From the IMG/VR virus record IMGVR_UViG_3300046002_007491, positions 1-64,000 of that record: a stretch of 64,000 nt of DNA. One strand, written 5' to 3'. Below the pieces are notes generated by a model. The model worked only from the letters and a program-made list of their open reading frames with translations, was not told where the DNA came from and searched no databases. Shown here one piece after another: positions 18,266 through 26,452 of the stretch. Numbering within the stretch: the stretch's first letter is position 1; the number at the start of each line of letters is the position of its first letter. The stretch is from a virus. The position numbers were made by a program, and so were the translations under genes.

Positions 18266-18625
18266 CTATCCTTTATAATCTGCTACGGACTGTGAAAATA
18301 TATATTGATTTTTACCTTTTTCAACTTGACTATTAAATTTAGTCAATTCAAGGATGTTTAAAAATTCATCAAAACTTACAGGAGTTCCTTTGTATGTGGA
18401 AATATCGTAACCTTCATCTCCACTACAAGCTCCTGAATAACCCGTTGAAACTTCTATTCTATTTGAAGTGTCGTAATAATTAGGGAATTTTACCTCTGCC
18501 CAATCTTGCCCGCGCCATTCTCCTTTACAGTATCTATGAAAAAAACAAAGACCACTCGACGTTGGTTGTTCTGTTAGTCCTTTAGTTAGTAAAAATTCTC
18601 TAATTTGTTTTTTTAAATCTGTCAT
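18266..18625 (-). CDS. Hypothetical protein, cassette A6 cargo
   Basis: 119-aa ORF. Confidence 0.8.
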   Translation of the reverse strand: MTDLKKQIREFLLTKGLTEQPTSSGLCFFHRYCKGEWRGQDWAEVKFPNYYDTSNRIEVSTGYSGACSGDEGYDISTYKGTPVSFDEFLNILELTKFNSQVEKGKNQYIFSQSVADYKG

Positions 18626-18650
18626 AATTTTTAGTTTTAACTACCCGCAC

Positions 18651-18785
18651 TAACCATAACAGCCGTTTGGCAATATGGCAATATCAGGCTTAATTTATAG
18701 TTTGTTTTGTGCCTTACGCACTTGTAATAATCTTAATAATTCGGTGTGCTTTTTTGCCACATCGCCAAGCGACGAACCGTTATAA
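18651..18785 (+). repeat. attC-like site A6
   Basis: CCATAAC-AGC-CGTTTGGC...GCCAAGCG-ACGAACC-GTTATAA. Confidence 0.88.
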
Positions 18786-18879
18786 GCAAGTGGTGGCTCG
18801 AAGCAATTCAACTTCTTCGGTGTCAGAAGTAAATCTAGCATTTCTGCTTTCAACCAAATTCACCTATGCCACCACCAGA

Positions 18880-18999
18880 CTTATAACAAAGTATAACCGC
18901 AATTTGTAAACAATTCTCTATCTTTATACAGTCTGTTAGATTCCTTGTTCCTTTCGTGTCTGCATCCTACAAACTGCGGTTATACTCGGTACGTTATGC
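18880..18999 (+). repeat. attC-like site A7
   Basis: TTATAAC-AA-AGTATAACCGCA...TGCGGTTATACT-CGGTAC-GTTATGC. Confidence 0.88.
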
Positions 19000-19005
19000 G
19001 TAATT

Positions 19006-19206
19006 TTACCAAACGAACCATCCAAAGAATTTTTCTAAATAAGGCAAAACGCCTAACCACATTATAAATTTGAATATTACATATCCTAAAAATTTACCAA
19101 AATTCACTGATAAAATAATTAGTAAAATATAAAATACGACCTTAAAAAAACGACGCATAACATCGTGTATAAGAGATTGCTTTGATTGGTCTGTATCTTT
19201 CGACAT
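19006..19206 (-). CDS. Small membrane protein, cassette A8 cargo; annotated start lies inside the attC
   Basis: 66 aa, hydrophobic C-terminal part. Confidence 0.65.
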   Translation of the reverse strand: MSKDTDQSKQSLIHDVMRRFFKVVFYILLIILSVNFGKFLGYVIFKFIMWLGVLPYLEKFFGWFVW

Positions 19207-19289
19207 AGTTTTTTAATTTAAAGATTAGTAATATTTTGGAGGTATGGGTTTCAATCGGCGTAGCCTCCTATACACGCCGTCCGTTATAG
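19153..19289 (+). repeat. attC-like site A8
   Basis: GCATAAC-AT-CGTGTATA...TATACACG-CCGTCC-GTTATAG. Confidence 0.85.
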
Positions 19290-19301
19290 TCAACTCCAAT
19301 G

Positions 19302-19331
19302 CAAATGTAAAAAACAATTTTTGATAAACAA
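19302..19331 (-). promoter_or_regulatory. Leftward sigma-A promoter reading into array A and the integrases
   Basis: Minus strand TTG (19331-19329), 19 nt, TACATTTG (19309-19302) fits the Flavobacterium TTG-N19-TAnnTTTG consensus. Confidence 0.7.
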
Positions 19332-19509
19332 TACAATTTCTGTACAATTTTAATTTTAAAACACAATCCTATTCCGATTGTAGTGCAAACACTAACTATT
19401 CAATGATTTCAACACCTTTTAAAAAGTAAGAATTGCTTTACTCCGAGTTTTAAAATACAATTTTTTGTAAAAATAATACAATTATTGTCCGATTATTCAA
19501 AAACATTTA

Positions 19510-19517
19510 TATCTTTG
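19510..19517 (+). promoter_or_regulatory. Rightward -7 element TATCTTTG for the recombination/replication operon
   Basis: TAnnTTTG 30 bp before ATG 19547. Confidence 0.7.
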
Positions 19518-19546
19518 CGTCAGTATAAATCTAAATCACAATAAAA

Positions 19547-19750
19547 ATGACTCTACAAGAACAAAGAAAAGACCTCGATGAAGCGTCAAGATTTTTAGAA
19601 GGTAAAATAGCAGAAATGCAACATCAAAGACAAGTGTTGATAAACGCATTCAATTCTATTGACCAAAACCAAGAAAATATCTTGGAAGGTAAAAGCATTT
19701 TAGCTCAAGAGGCTCAAGAAATAATGAGAAATCTTAAATTCATTCCGTAA
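19547..19750 (+). CDS. Hypothetical coiled-coil protein
   Basis: 67-aa ORF. Confidence 0.7.
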   Translation: MTLQEQRKDLDEASRFLEGKIAEMQHQRQVLINAFNSIDQNQENILEGKSILAQEAQEIMRNLKFIP

Positions 19751-19752
19751 AA

Positions 19753-19980
19753 ATGGCAACAATCAAACACGAAAAGGAAATTGATTCTCTTATGAGAGAG
19801 TTGTTTTACGATGAGAGGTTTGTGACCGAAGACGACTACCAAGAGATTATTGAAGAAACTTTTGCAACAATGGGTATTACTAAGCAACAAATGTCTGATG
19901 AAATTGAAGTCGGTATTGGAAATGGTTATTCGGTTGGTCAGCAAATCGAAATTATAAAAAACGTTCTAAAATCCAAATAA
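19753..19980 (+). CDS. Hypothetical protein
   Basis: 75-aa ORF. Confidence 0.7.
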   Translation: MATIKHEKEIDSLMRELFYDERFVTEDDYQEIIEETFATMGITKQQMSDEIEVGIGNGYSVGQQIEIIKNVLKSK

Positions 19981-20093
19981 AAATGGCAAAATTAAAAAAC
20001 GGTTGTTTTCTAGGTAGTCCTATAGGCTATTGGATGGCGTTACTGTTTTGGATAGTAACAATAATATTGACAAATCTAAATTTTAAATAAAAA

Positions 20094-21503
20094 ATGGCAA
20101 AACAAAAACAAGAATTAGCTGTAATTGATTTCACTCAATTTTCAGTAGCGCAATTACCTGAATTGAAAGGTAAAAAAGAAGAGATTGCTTCGGTTATTGA
20201 GGCTAATCCAATTGTCGAAATCGTAGATAATGCGACGTATGAATCGGCTAAGAAAAGTCGTACTGCGGTTAGATCGTTGCGAACAAGTTTGGAATCCGAA
20301 CAGAAAACCGTAAAAAAGCGTATCAAAGAGAACGTTTTGGACGTTGTGGATAAAGAATATGATTTGTTAGTTGCATTGGTTAAAGGTTCGGAACAATTGC
20401 GCCAAGAGCCAATTGATGCTTGGGAAATCAAAAAAGAAAATGAGCGTAAAGAAAAAGAACGTTTAGAACAAGCGCGAATTGACGACATTAAAACTAGGAT
20501 TTCCGATTATGTTGCTAGTTGGAAAGAGGCTTTTGGTTTTATGGTTTTCGCCAATATAAAAGACGTTTTAGATGATTTCCACGAATCGAATAATACATTT
20601 GACAAAACTTTACTTCAAGAATTTGATGTTTTGTTTGATCGCGAAGTTTCTACTCTTGCCGAATTGCTAGATTCTAAAATTTCTACTTTGAAAGAACAAG
20701 AGCAAATCCGTATTGATAATTTGCTAATCCAAGAAAAAAATGTTGAGCAAACTTTAATTCAAGAATGGCAACGTACTTGGAGTGCAAATATTGATACGCT
20801 TTCTGTTTCCGATATTGCCGATGTAAAGTCTATTTTAGCGAAATCCAAATTAGCCAATTTAAAGCATTATGTTTCGGGTTATGAGGAAATTTACCTTTCA
20901 ACTGAAAAACGACTGCATTCGCAAATAGAATTCGTTTCTAAAGCAGAAGAACAACGAATTGCTCAAGATAAACTTGACCAAGAGAAAAAAGAGTTTGAGG
21001 AAAAACAACTTTTAGCGAGATTTGAAGAACGAAAAAAGAAAGTAATTGAATTGGGATTGGTTGATGATGGAGAAGATAATTTAATTTTGGGCGATTTGTG
21101 CTTTACTTATGGTCAATTGTTTGATTTTACAGACGACAATTTTAATACTTCTTTTGACTTTTTTGAACAAAAAATTCAAGAATCTAAAAAGCCAATTGAA
21201 ACATTTGAAGTTGTTGATGAAGAAATTATTGAGTTTCCTGCGATTGAAAATGTTAGTGGAGTAAAACACGTTGACCCAATAAATGTTTTACCTTCAAACA
21301 CCACGGACAAAATTGAAGAAATCGCCAATAACGATGCTTTTCTTCAAACTGAAGAAGTGCTTTATCACGGAATTTACAAGAACGTATCTGAGCATATAGC
21401 TTCTTTTGAATTGACTTTTAGAATTAGCGATTTGCCGAAATTTGAGCATTTAACCATTAAAGAATTGTTAGAGCCTTACAGTGTTCCGACTTTAAAACAA
21501 TAA
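20094..21503 (+). CDS. Coiled-coil protein of the recombination module (DUF1351-like N-terminus)
   Basis: YESAKKSRTAVRSLRTSLE...; upstream of recT. Confidence 0.7.
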   Translation: MAKQKQELAVIDFTQFSVAQLPELKGKKEEIASVIEANPIVEIVDNATYESAKKSRTAVRSLRTSLESEQKTVKKRIKENVLDVVDKEYDLLVALVKGSEQLRQEPIDAWEIKKENERKEKERLEQARIDDIKTRISDYVASWKEAFGFMVFANIKDVLDDFHESNNTFDKTLLQEFDVLFDREVSTLAELLDSKISTLKEQEQIRIDNLLIQEKNVEQTLIQEWQRTWSANIDTLSVSDIADVKSILAKSKLANLKHYVSGYEEIYLSTEKRLHSQIEFVSKAEEQRIAQDKLDQEKKEFEEKQLLARFEERKKKVIELGLVDDGEDNLILGDLCFTYGQLFDFTDDNFNTSFDFFEQKIQESKKPIETFEVVDEEIIEFPAIENVSGVKHVDPINVLPSNTTDKIEEIANNDAFLQTEEVLYHGIYKNVSEHIASFELTFRISDLPKFEHLTIKELLEPYSVPTLKQ

Positions 21504-21505
21504 TT

Positions 21506-21736
21506 ATGGCAGAAGAAAAAATAATAGAAGTCAATCCAGGAGATAGGATTGTTATCAATGTGAAAAACGAGGATTCCGACAATAGAACCTTTTCAATTAG
21601 CGAATTTGCTAAATTGTGTAACGTTTCTCGTAGCACGATATATCTCAAAATTAATTCCGGCGAAATTTCTACAATTATGATAGGAAAATCGCCAAGAATC
21701 GAAAGTAAATATTTAAACCAATTTAAAAAACAGTAA
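21506..21736 (+). CDS. Excisionase-like HTH_17 DNA-binding protein
   Basis: FSISEFAKLCNVSRSTIYLKINSGEI...GKSPRI. Confidence 0.8.
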   Translation: MAEEKIIEVNPGDRIVINVKNEDSDNRTFSISEFAKLCNVSRSTIYLKINSGEISTIMIGKSPRIESKYLNQFKKQ

Positions 21737-21737
21737 A

Positions 21738-22727
21738 ATGTCAAACGAATTAGCAAAAACAAATCAGGCTCCTATCGTTGGAGTAAAAGCACTATCTAAT
21801 TTCCTTAATTCAGATAGCATTAAAAGTAAATTCGCTGAAGTATTAGGCGATAAAGACAAAGGTGTTGCTTTTGTTACGTCAATCCTTTCTGTGGTGAATT
21901 CTAATGGCCAATTAGCCAGCGCAGACCAAAACTCGCTTTACACCGCTGCGCTAATGGCTGCCACACTAGATTTGCCAATTAATCCAAGTATTGGCCACAG
22001 TTTCTTGGTTCCATTCAACACAAAACAAGCCGATGGGACTTACAAAACGATGGTTCAGTTTCAAATATCGGCCAAAGGACTCAAGCAACTTGCAATGCGT
22101 TCAGGCCAATTCTTAAAAATGAACGATTCAGATGTGCGAGAAGGAGAAATTGAATCTGTAGATAGAATGACCGGAGAAATCAAATTCAATTGGATTCAAG
22201 ACGATAAAGAAAGATTGGCCAAGCCGGTTGTTGGATTCATTTCTTACTTCAAACTTCAAAATGGTTTTGAAAGCACTTTTTATATGACCAAAGAAGAAGT
22301 TGAACTTCACGCTAAAAAATTCTCTCAGACGTACAAAAAGTTTGGAACGGGACTATGGAAGGATATGTTCGAAAAAATGGCCTCTAAAACAGTTATTAAA
22401 TTGCACTTGTCTAAAGATGCTCCGTTATCAACTTCGGTTCAGAAAGCACTTATTTCGGATCAAGCAGTGATTAAAAACGACAAATTTGCCAATTCTACTG
22501 AAGAAACAGTCGATGTAGAAACAGAATACGTTGACCACCAAGAAGTGCCACTAGACGTAGAGGCAGTAAGCGAAGCAAAACAAAGAGCAAGAATTGTAGA
22601 GCATATCGCAAACGCCAAAGACATGGCTTCATTGGAACAAGTAAAATCAAACGTTGACCCCGAAACCGACCTTGGTTTATTCACATTGTACGATGATAAA
22701 GCTAGAGAGTTAAAAGGTAAAAAGTAA
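21738..22727 (+). CDS. recT: RecT-family single-strand annealing recombinase
   Basis: AATLDLPINPSIGHSFLVPF, QFQISAKGLKQLAMRSGQ, HAKKFS, W...FEKMASKTVIK. Confidence 0.92.
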   Translation: MSNELAKTNQAPIVGVKALSNFLNSDSIKSKFAEVLGDKDKGVAFVTSILSVVNSNGQLASADQNSLYTAALMAATLDLPINPSIGHSFLVPFNTKQADGTYKTMVQFQISAKGLKQLAMRSGQFLKMNDSDVREGEIESVDRMTGEIKFNWIQDDKERLAKPVVGFISYFKLQNGFESTFYMTKEEVELHAKKFSQTYKKFGTGLWKDMFEKMASKTVIKLHLSKDAPLSTSVQKALISDQAVIKNDKFANSTEETVDVETEYVDHQEVPLDVEAVSEAKQRARIVEHIANAKDMASLEQVKSNVDPETDLGLFTLYDDKARELKGKK

Positions 22728-22747
22728 TCAATTAAATTTTAAATACT

Positions 22748-23191
22748 ATGTCAAATTTCAAAATTGGTCAATTGTACGACCAAGCGTTTCAAACGCTAAC
22801 GCCTCAAGAGGTAAAAGATAACCTTGATGCTGTTGCTTATGGTATAGAGGAAAGACCTTATACTAAAAATCTTTCTGCTGAGGAAATTGTCGAAAAGAAA
22901 GATGCCTATTCGCAAATTGGACTTACTTTGTCCGAAATTGCGAGAGAGAAAAAAGAAGCGATGGAAAACTTTAAACTTTTGGAGAAAGAGCCAAAAGCAT
23001 TAGCTTCTGAATTGCTTGACGCGATTAAATTCAAGTCAGAGCAAAAATATGGCAAACTTCATTTGGTAGACGACCAAGAAGCGGGGATGATGTATTCATT
23101 TGACGAAAGAGGCGTCTGTGTTGACGCAAGACCTTTGGATAAAAAAGAGCGTCAAACAAAATTAAGAGCAATTAACTCAACTAAAGAATAA
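22748..23191 (+). CDS. Hypothetical protein
   Basis: 147-aa ORF in operon. Confidence 0.8.
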   Translation: MSNFKIGQLYDQAFQTLTPQEVKDNLDAVAYGIEERPYTKNLSAEEIVEKKDAYSQIGLTLSEIAREKKEAMENFKLLEKEPKALASELLDAIKFKSEQKYGKLHLVDDQEAGMMYSFDERGVCVDARPLDKKERQTKLRAINSTKE

Positions 23192-23192
23192 T

Positions 23193-23912
23193 ATGAAAAC
23201 AGAAGAAATTGCAAAAACAGCATTAGACAAAGGAATGACAAGCGTTGTTGTTCTTACAGGAACGGCTCCAACACAACACAACAACAATTGTGTTGACATT
23301 AATGGAAACATCGATGCTCCTCAACGGTTTTTAAAAGGTAGGTTTTCTACTTTTGACAAATTAAGTTCTCATTGCCTTGTTTCTACTTCGGAAGGTAAAA
23401 TTGTGTTGGTTCTTAACGAACAAAGTTCTACCGACAAGTACACGGTTACAGGTACAGTTGAAGTCGCCAAGAAATTTACTTCTTTGGGAATTAACAAATC
23501 CGATGTTGCTTATAGTCCAGAGCAATTGGCTAATAAGCTAAAATTGCTTCGTTCTCTTTTTGTAAGTAATTTAGATCACGCAGGTATCTGTTCTACATTA
23601 AGAAACATCAAAGCAAAAGTTAGCGCTGATGTCGAAAAACTTGACGATAGAAAAGGAAATGTTGAAAGAAATTTCAAGCAAGTGGTAGAAAGTAATATGC
23701 CGGACGCTATCAAATTGAAACTTCCTTTACTTGAAGGCGAACCTGCTATCGAAATCGAAGTGAATGTGATTTTAGAAGTCAACGGCGGTTCCGACATCAA
23801 ATGTTACCTTGAAAGCATCGATGCTGCGGATTTGATTGAATCTCAATTTGAGAAACGAGTAAATGAAGAAGTCGAAGAAATTGAAAAACTTGTAACGGTA
23901 ATTAAGTATTAA
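23193..23912 (+). CDS. Hypothetical protein (possibly DUF2303-like)
   Basis: 239-aa ORF; family assignment is tentative. Confidence 0.75.
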   Translation: MKTEEIAKTALDKGMTSVVVLTGTAPTQHNNNCVDINGNIDAPQRFLKGRFSTFDKLSSHCLVSTSEGKIVLVLNEQSSTDKYTVTGTVEVAKKFTSLGINKSDVAYSPEQLANKLKLLRSLFVSNLDHAGICSTLRNIKAKVSADVEKLDDRKGNVERNFKQVVESNMPDAIKLKLPLLEGEPAIEIEVNVILEVNGGSDIKCYLESIDAADLIESQFEKRVNEEVEEIEKLVTVIKY

Positions 23913-23916
23913 ATTG

Positions 23917-23952
23917 AAAATAGCGAGGTTTTACACAAATCTCGCTATTTTT
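23917..23952 (+). terminator. Intrinsic terminator
   Basis: AAAATAGCGAG...CTCGCTATTTTT. Confidence 0.7.
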
Positions 23953-23966
23953 ACAATAAGTAATCT

Positions 23967-24842
23967 ATGAGCGAATCTAAAGAAGTATTTTTCAGAGCAA
24001 GTTCTTTTGGAAATTTAATGACTGAAAATCAAGGAAGTGTTTTTACAGAAACAATGGCTGAAGAACTTGAAAATCTTTATTACGAACTTGAAAACGGCAT
24101 AAATAAAAACGGCAACAAAGTAAAATGGACGGAAGCAAAAGCTGACAAGTTAAAAAATTTGGTTGCTAAAAGAGATGCACCACCACAATTATCGAAAACC
24201 GCAAAATCAGAAGTCGAAAAAATATGGCGATTGAATAAAAAAGGTTTTTGGGAAGACTTGGAAAACAAGTATCTTATGAAAGGCCTATTTAACGAGGTTG
24301 ATGGAATTGACTTAGTTTCGAAAGCACACAATTCTTTCTACAATAAAAATCAAGAGAGAATATACAAAAACAACATAACCGGCGAATGCGATATTATCGA
24401 CGTTAAATATGGTAAACGAATCGTTATTGACGTAAAAAGTTCTTGGAATCCTAGAACGTTTATGGATGGAGATTTGTCTAAAATTTACGAATTCCAACTA
24501 CGTTGCTATATGTATCTGTATGATGCCGAAGAAGCGTATTTGTGCTATTGCTTAACCGATGCGCCAGAGCATTTAGTCACAAACGAAAAAAAGAAGCAAT
24601 GGTATAAATTCTATTCTGATTCTATGACTCAAGCCGAAGTTGAATTAATGGAAACTAAACTTGAAAGAATCTACAAGCAAATTGAAACTAATATGGTTTA
24701 TTCAAACAATCCAAATTATTCTCAAGAGGAATTGGTCAAAACTTTTAAAATTACTAGAGATTTGGAAATCGAGAAAGAAATGCTTGCTAAAATTCCTTTG
24801 GCGCTGAAATATTATAATTCAATTAAACTTAATCAAGTATAA
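23967..24842 (+). CDS. YqaJ/lambda-exonuclease-family PD-(D/E)XK nuclease
   Basis: FRASS, KGLFNE, TGECD, IDVKSSW, YEFQLRCYM. Confidence 0.85.
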   Translation: MSESKEVFFRASSFGNLMTENQGSVFTETMAEELENLYYELENGINKNGNKVKWTEAKADKLKNLVAKRDAPPQLSKTAKSEVEKIWRLNKKGFWEDLENKYLMKGLFNEVDGIDLVSKAHNSFYNKNQERIYKNNITGECDIIDVKYGKRIVIDVKSSWNPRTFMDGDLSKIYEFQLRCYMYLYDAEEAYLCYCLTDAPEHLVTNEKKKQWYKFYSDSMTQAEVELMETKLERIYKQIETNMVYSNNPNYSQEELVKTFKITRDLEIEKEMLAKIPLALKYYNSIKLNQV

Positions 24843-24844
24843 CA

Positions 24845-25279
24845 ATGAGAAAACTCACAATCGCTGGTTATATTGGAGCCGATGCCCAAATAGCCGATTT
24901 GCCAAGTGGAATGCAAGTAATCAATTTCAACGTTGCTGTTTCCGAAAAAATAAAAGACACTTCAGACTACAAAACAACGTGGTTTAGATGCGCTAGATTT
25001 TCCAATAACGTTTCAATCGCTCCTTATCTTAAAAAAGGAACTTATGTAATTGTCGAAGGTAAACCTGATATTGAAACTTATGTAGATCAACAAGGTGTTA
25101 CTAAAGCAAATTTGAAATGTATCGTTTCTGAAATTCACTTTGGAGGTAATTCTAAAAATGAAGAACCCGCCAATACTACTTCTGAACCGACAAAACAACC
25201 AACAGAACGTCCTTACAATACTTTTGTGGATGAACCGAAAGGACCGACAGAAGAAGAACACGATGATTTACCATTTTGA
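24845..25279 (+). CDS. ssb: Single-stranded DNA-binding protein
   Basis: OB-fold motifs, YLKKGTYVIVEG, C-terminal DDLPF. Confidence 0.95.
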   Translation: MRKLTIAGYIGADAQIADLPSGMQVINFNVAVSEKIKDTSDYKTTWFRCARFSNNVSIAPYLKKGTYVIVEGKPDIETYVDQQGVTKANLKCIVSEIHFGGNSKNEEPANTTSEPTKQPTERPYNTFVDEPKGPTEEEHDDLPF

Positions 25280-25305
25280 TAACTTATTGATTATCAAGTA
25301 TTTAT

Positions 25306-25338
25306 AAACAGCAATTTAAAAATTATTGCTGTTTTTTT
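25306..25338 (+). terminator. Intrinsic terminator
   Basis: AAACAGCAAT...ATTGCTGTTTTTTT. Confidence 0.7.
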
Positions 25339-25380
25339 ATTTATTTTGAATTAATATTTTTTTAATTAATTTATTTGTTT

Positions 25381-25388
25381 TAGATTTG
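25381..25388 (+). promoter_or_regulatory. -7 element TAGATTTG
   Basis: TAnnTTTG 20 bp before ATG 25409. Confidence 0.65.
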
Positions 25389-25408
25389 CTTAAAATAATT
25401 TAATATTT

Positions 25409-25591
25409 ATGGACAGATTAACCACTTCTGAAAAAATTAAAATTGAGCTTTCAAGAAGAAATATGACTCAGGTTGAATTAGCCGAAAAGTTAGGATTGGA
25501 CAAGGTTACTATTAGTAATCGTATGACTTCTAATGCTTGGAAACCGCTTGAAGTTTTTTACATCAAAAACGAACTTGGGTTTGATTTGTAA
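25409..25591 (+). CDS. Cro/C1-type HTH regulator
   Basis: MTQVELAEKLGLDKVTISNR. Confidence 0.85.
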   Translation: MDRLTTSEKIKIELSRRNMTQVELAEKLGLDKVTISNRMTSNAWKPLEVFYIKNELGFDL

Positions 25592-25602
25592 TTCTTGAAT
25601 TT

Positions 25603-26451
25603 ATGGAAAAATTATCTTGGTTTAAATTTACTCCCTCTGATTGGGTAATGGGTAAAATACAGCGGTGTCCAGAGATTACACAAGCTAGATTTATAAGGCT
25701 ATGTTGCGTTTATTGGAACAAAGATTGTGTTTTGACATTTGAGGATGCCGACGTAGAAGTGGATCAAGAACATTTAAATATTTTGATAGCAAAAAAGGTT
25801 ATTAAATTAGAAAGTGGATTTATTGTTATTGAGTTTTTAAATGAGCAAATTAAAGAAATTTATGTAAAGTCAACAAAGAGAAGGGAAGCGGTCAATAAAC
25901 GATGGTCGAATGTAAATAAAAACAATACAATTGTATTAAAAAATGATACAAACGATATACAAAACGATACAGAGGAGAGAAGAGTAGATAAGAGTAGAGA
26001 AGATATTAATATAATATTAAATAAATCTCTTTTGTCAGAAATTAAAATTTCCGACGACAAAAAGTTTTTTCTTTTTAAAGATTTTCAATTAGAAGTTTTG
26101 GAAGAGCAAGTGGATTATTTTAAATCGGCAATTGGCTTTCAAAAATTATTTGTTAAAAACCTCAAAGAAAAAAGTTCTCCGACAACTCAAGTTGAAAATG
26201 CAAAATTCAAAACTTTTGTTGATCCAATTCGATTGATGTTTGAAAAAGACAAGGTTACAATTTTTCAATTACGGGAAGTTTACAATTATTTAGACAGTCT
26301 AGAAGGTGAGTTTTGGAAATCGAATATTTTATCAACTGCAAAACTAAGAGAAAAATTACCAACTCTTCTTGCTAAGAAAAATACAAAGTCGACAATTGAA
26401 GCGAAAAAAGAAGCGTTAGTTCCAAATCCAAGAAAAAGAGGCAAATTTTAA
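25603..26451 (+). CDS. Phage replication initiator (DUF1376/YdaU-like N-terminus)
   Basis: WFKFTPSDW N-terminus, low-complexity linker, FWKSNILSTAKLREK C-terminus; directly upstream of dnaB. Confidence 0.75.
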   Translation: MEKLSWFKFTPSDWVMGKIQRCPEITQARFIRLCCVYWNKDCVLTFEDADVEVDQEHLNILIAKKVIKLESGFIVIEFLNEQIKEIYVKSTKRREAVNKRWSNVNKNNTIVLKNDTNDIQNDTEERRVDKSREDINIILNKSLLSEIKISDDKKFFLFKDFQLEVLEEQVDYFKSAIGFQKLFVKNLKEKSSPTTQVENAKFKTFVDPIRLMFEKDKVTIFQLREVYNYLDSLEGEFWKSNILSTAKLREKLPTLLAKKNTKSTIEAKKEALVPNPRKRGKF

Positions 26452-26452
26452 T

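Larger units (their letters stand above)
15640..19289 (+). mobile_element. Main cassette array A: 8 cassettes (A1 15641-16584, A2 to 16878, A3 to 17717, A4 to 18138, A5 to 18231, A6 to 18779, A7 to 18993, A8 to 19283)
   Basis: Each cassette start is the reverse complement of the R'' of its own attC; 8 hairpin sites. Confidence 0.92.

Noticed and set aside
16816-18909. ORFs 16816..17013, 17457..17639, 18139..18336 and 18709..18909
   Set aside because: They start in or run across attC hairpins, mostly antisense to the real cargo; likely spurious
15640-19289. CRISPR array interpretation of the repeated hairpins
   Set aside because: Repeats are 80-140 bp and divergent, the spacers are gene-sized, and no cas genes are present
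16455-19289. attC-like hairpins as simple terminators or REP elements
   Set aside because: No U-tails, and neither explains the cassette-specific complementarity between each unit's start and its own left core
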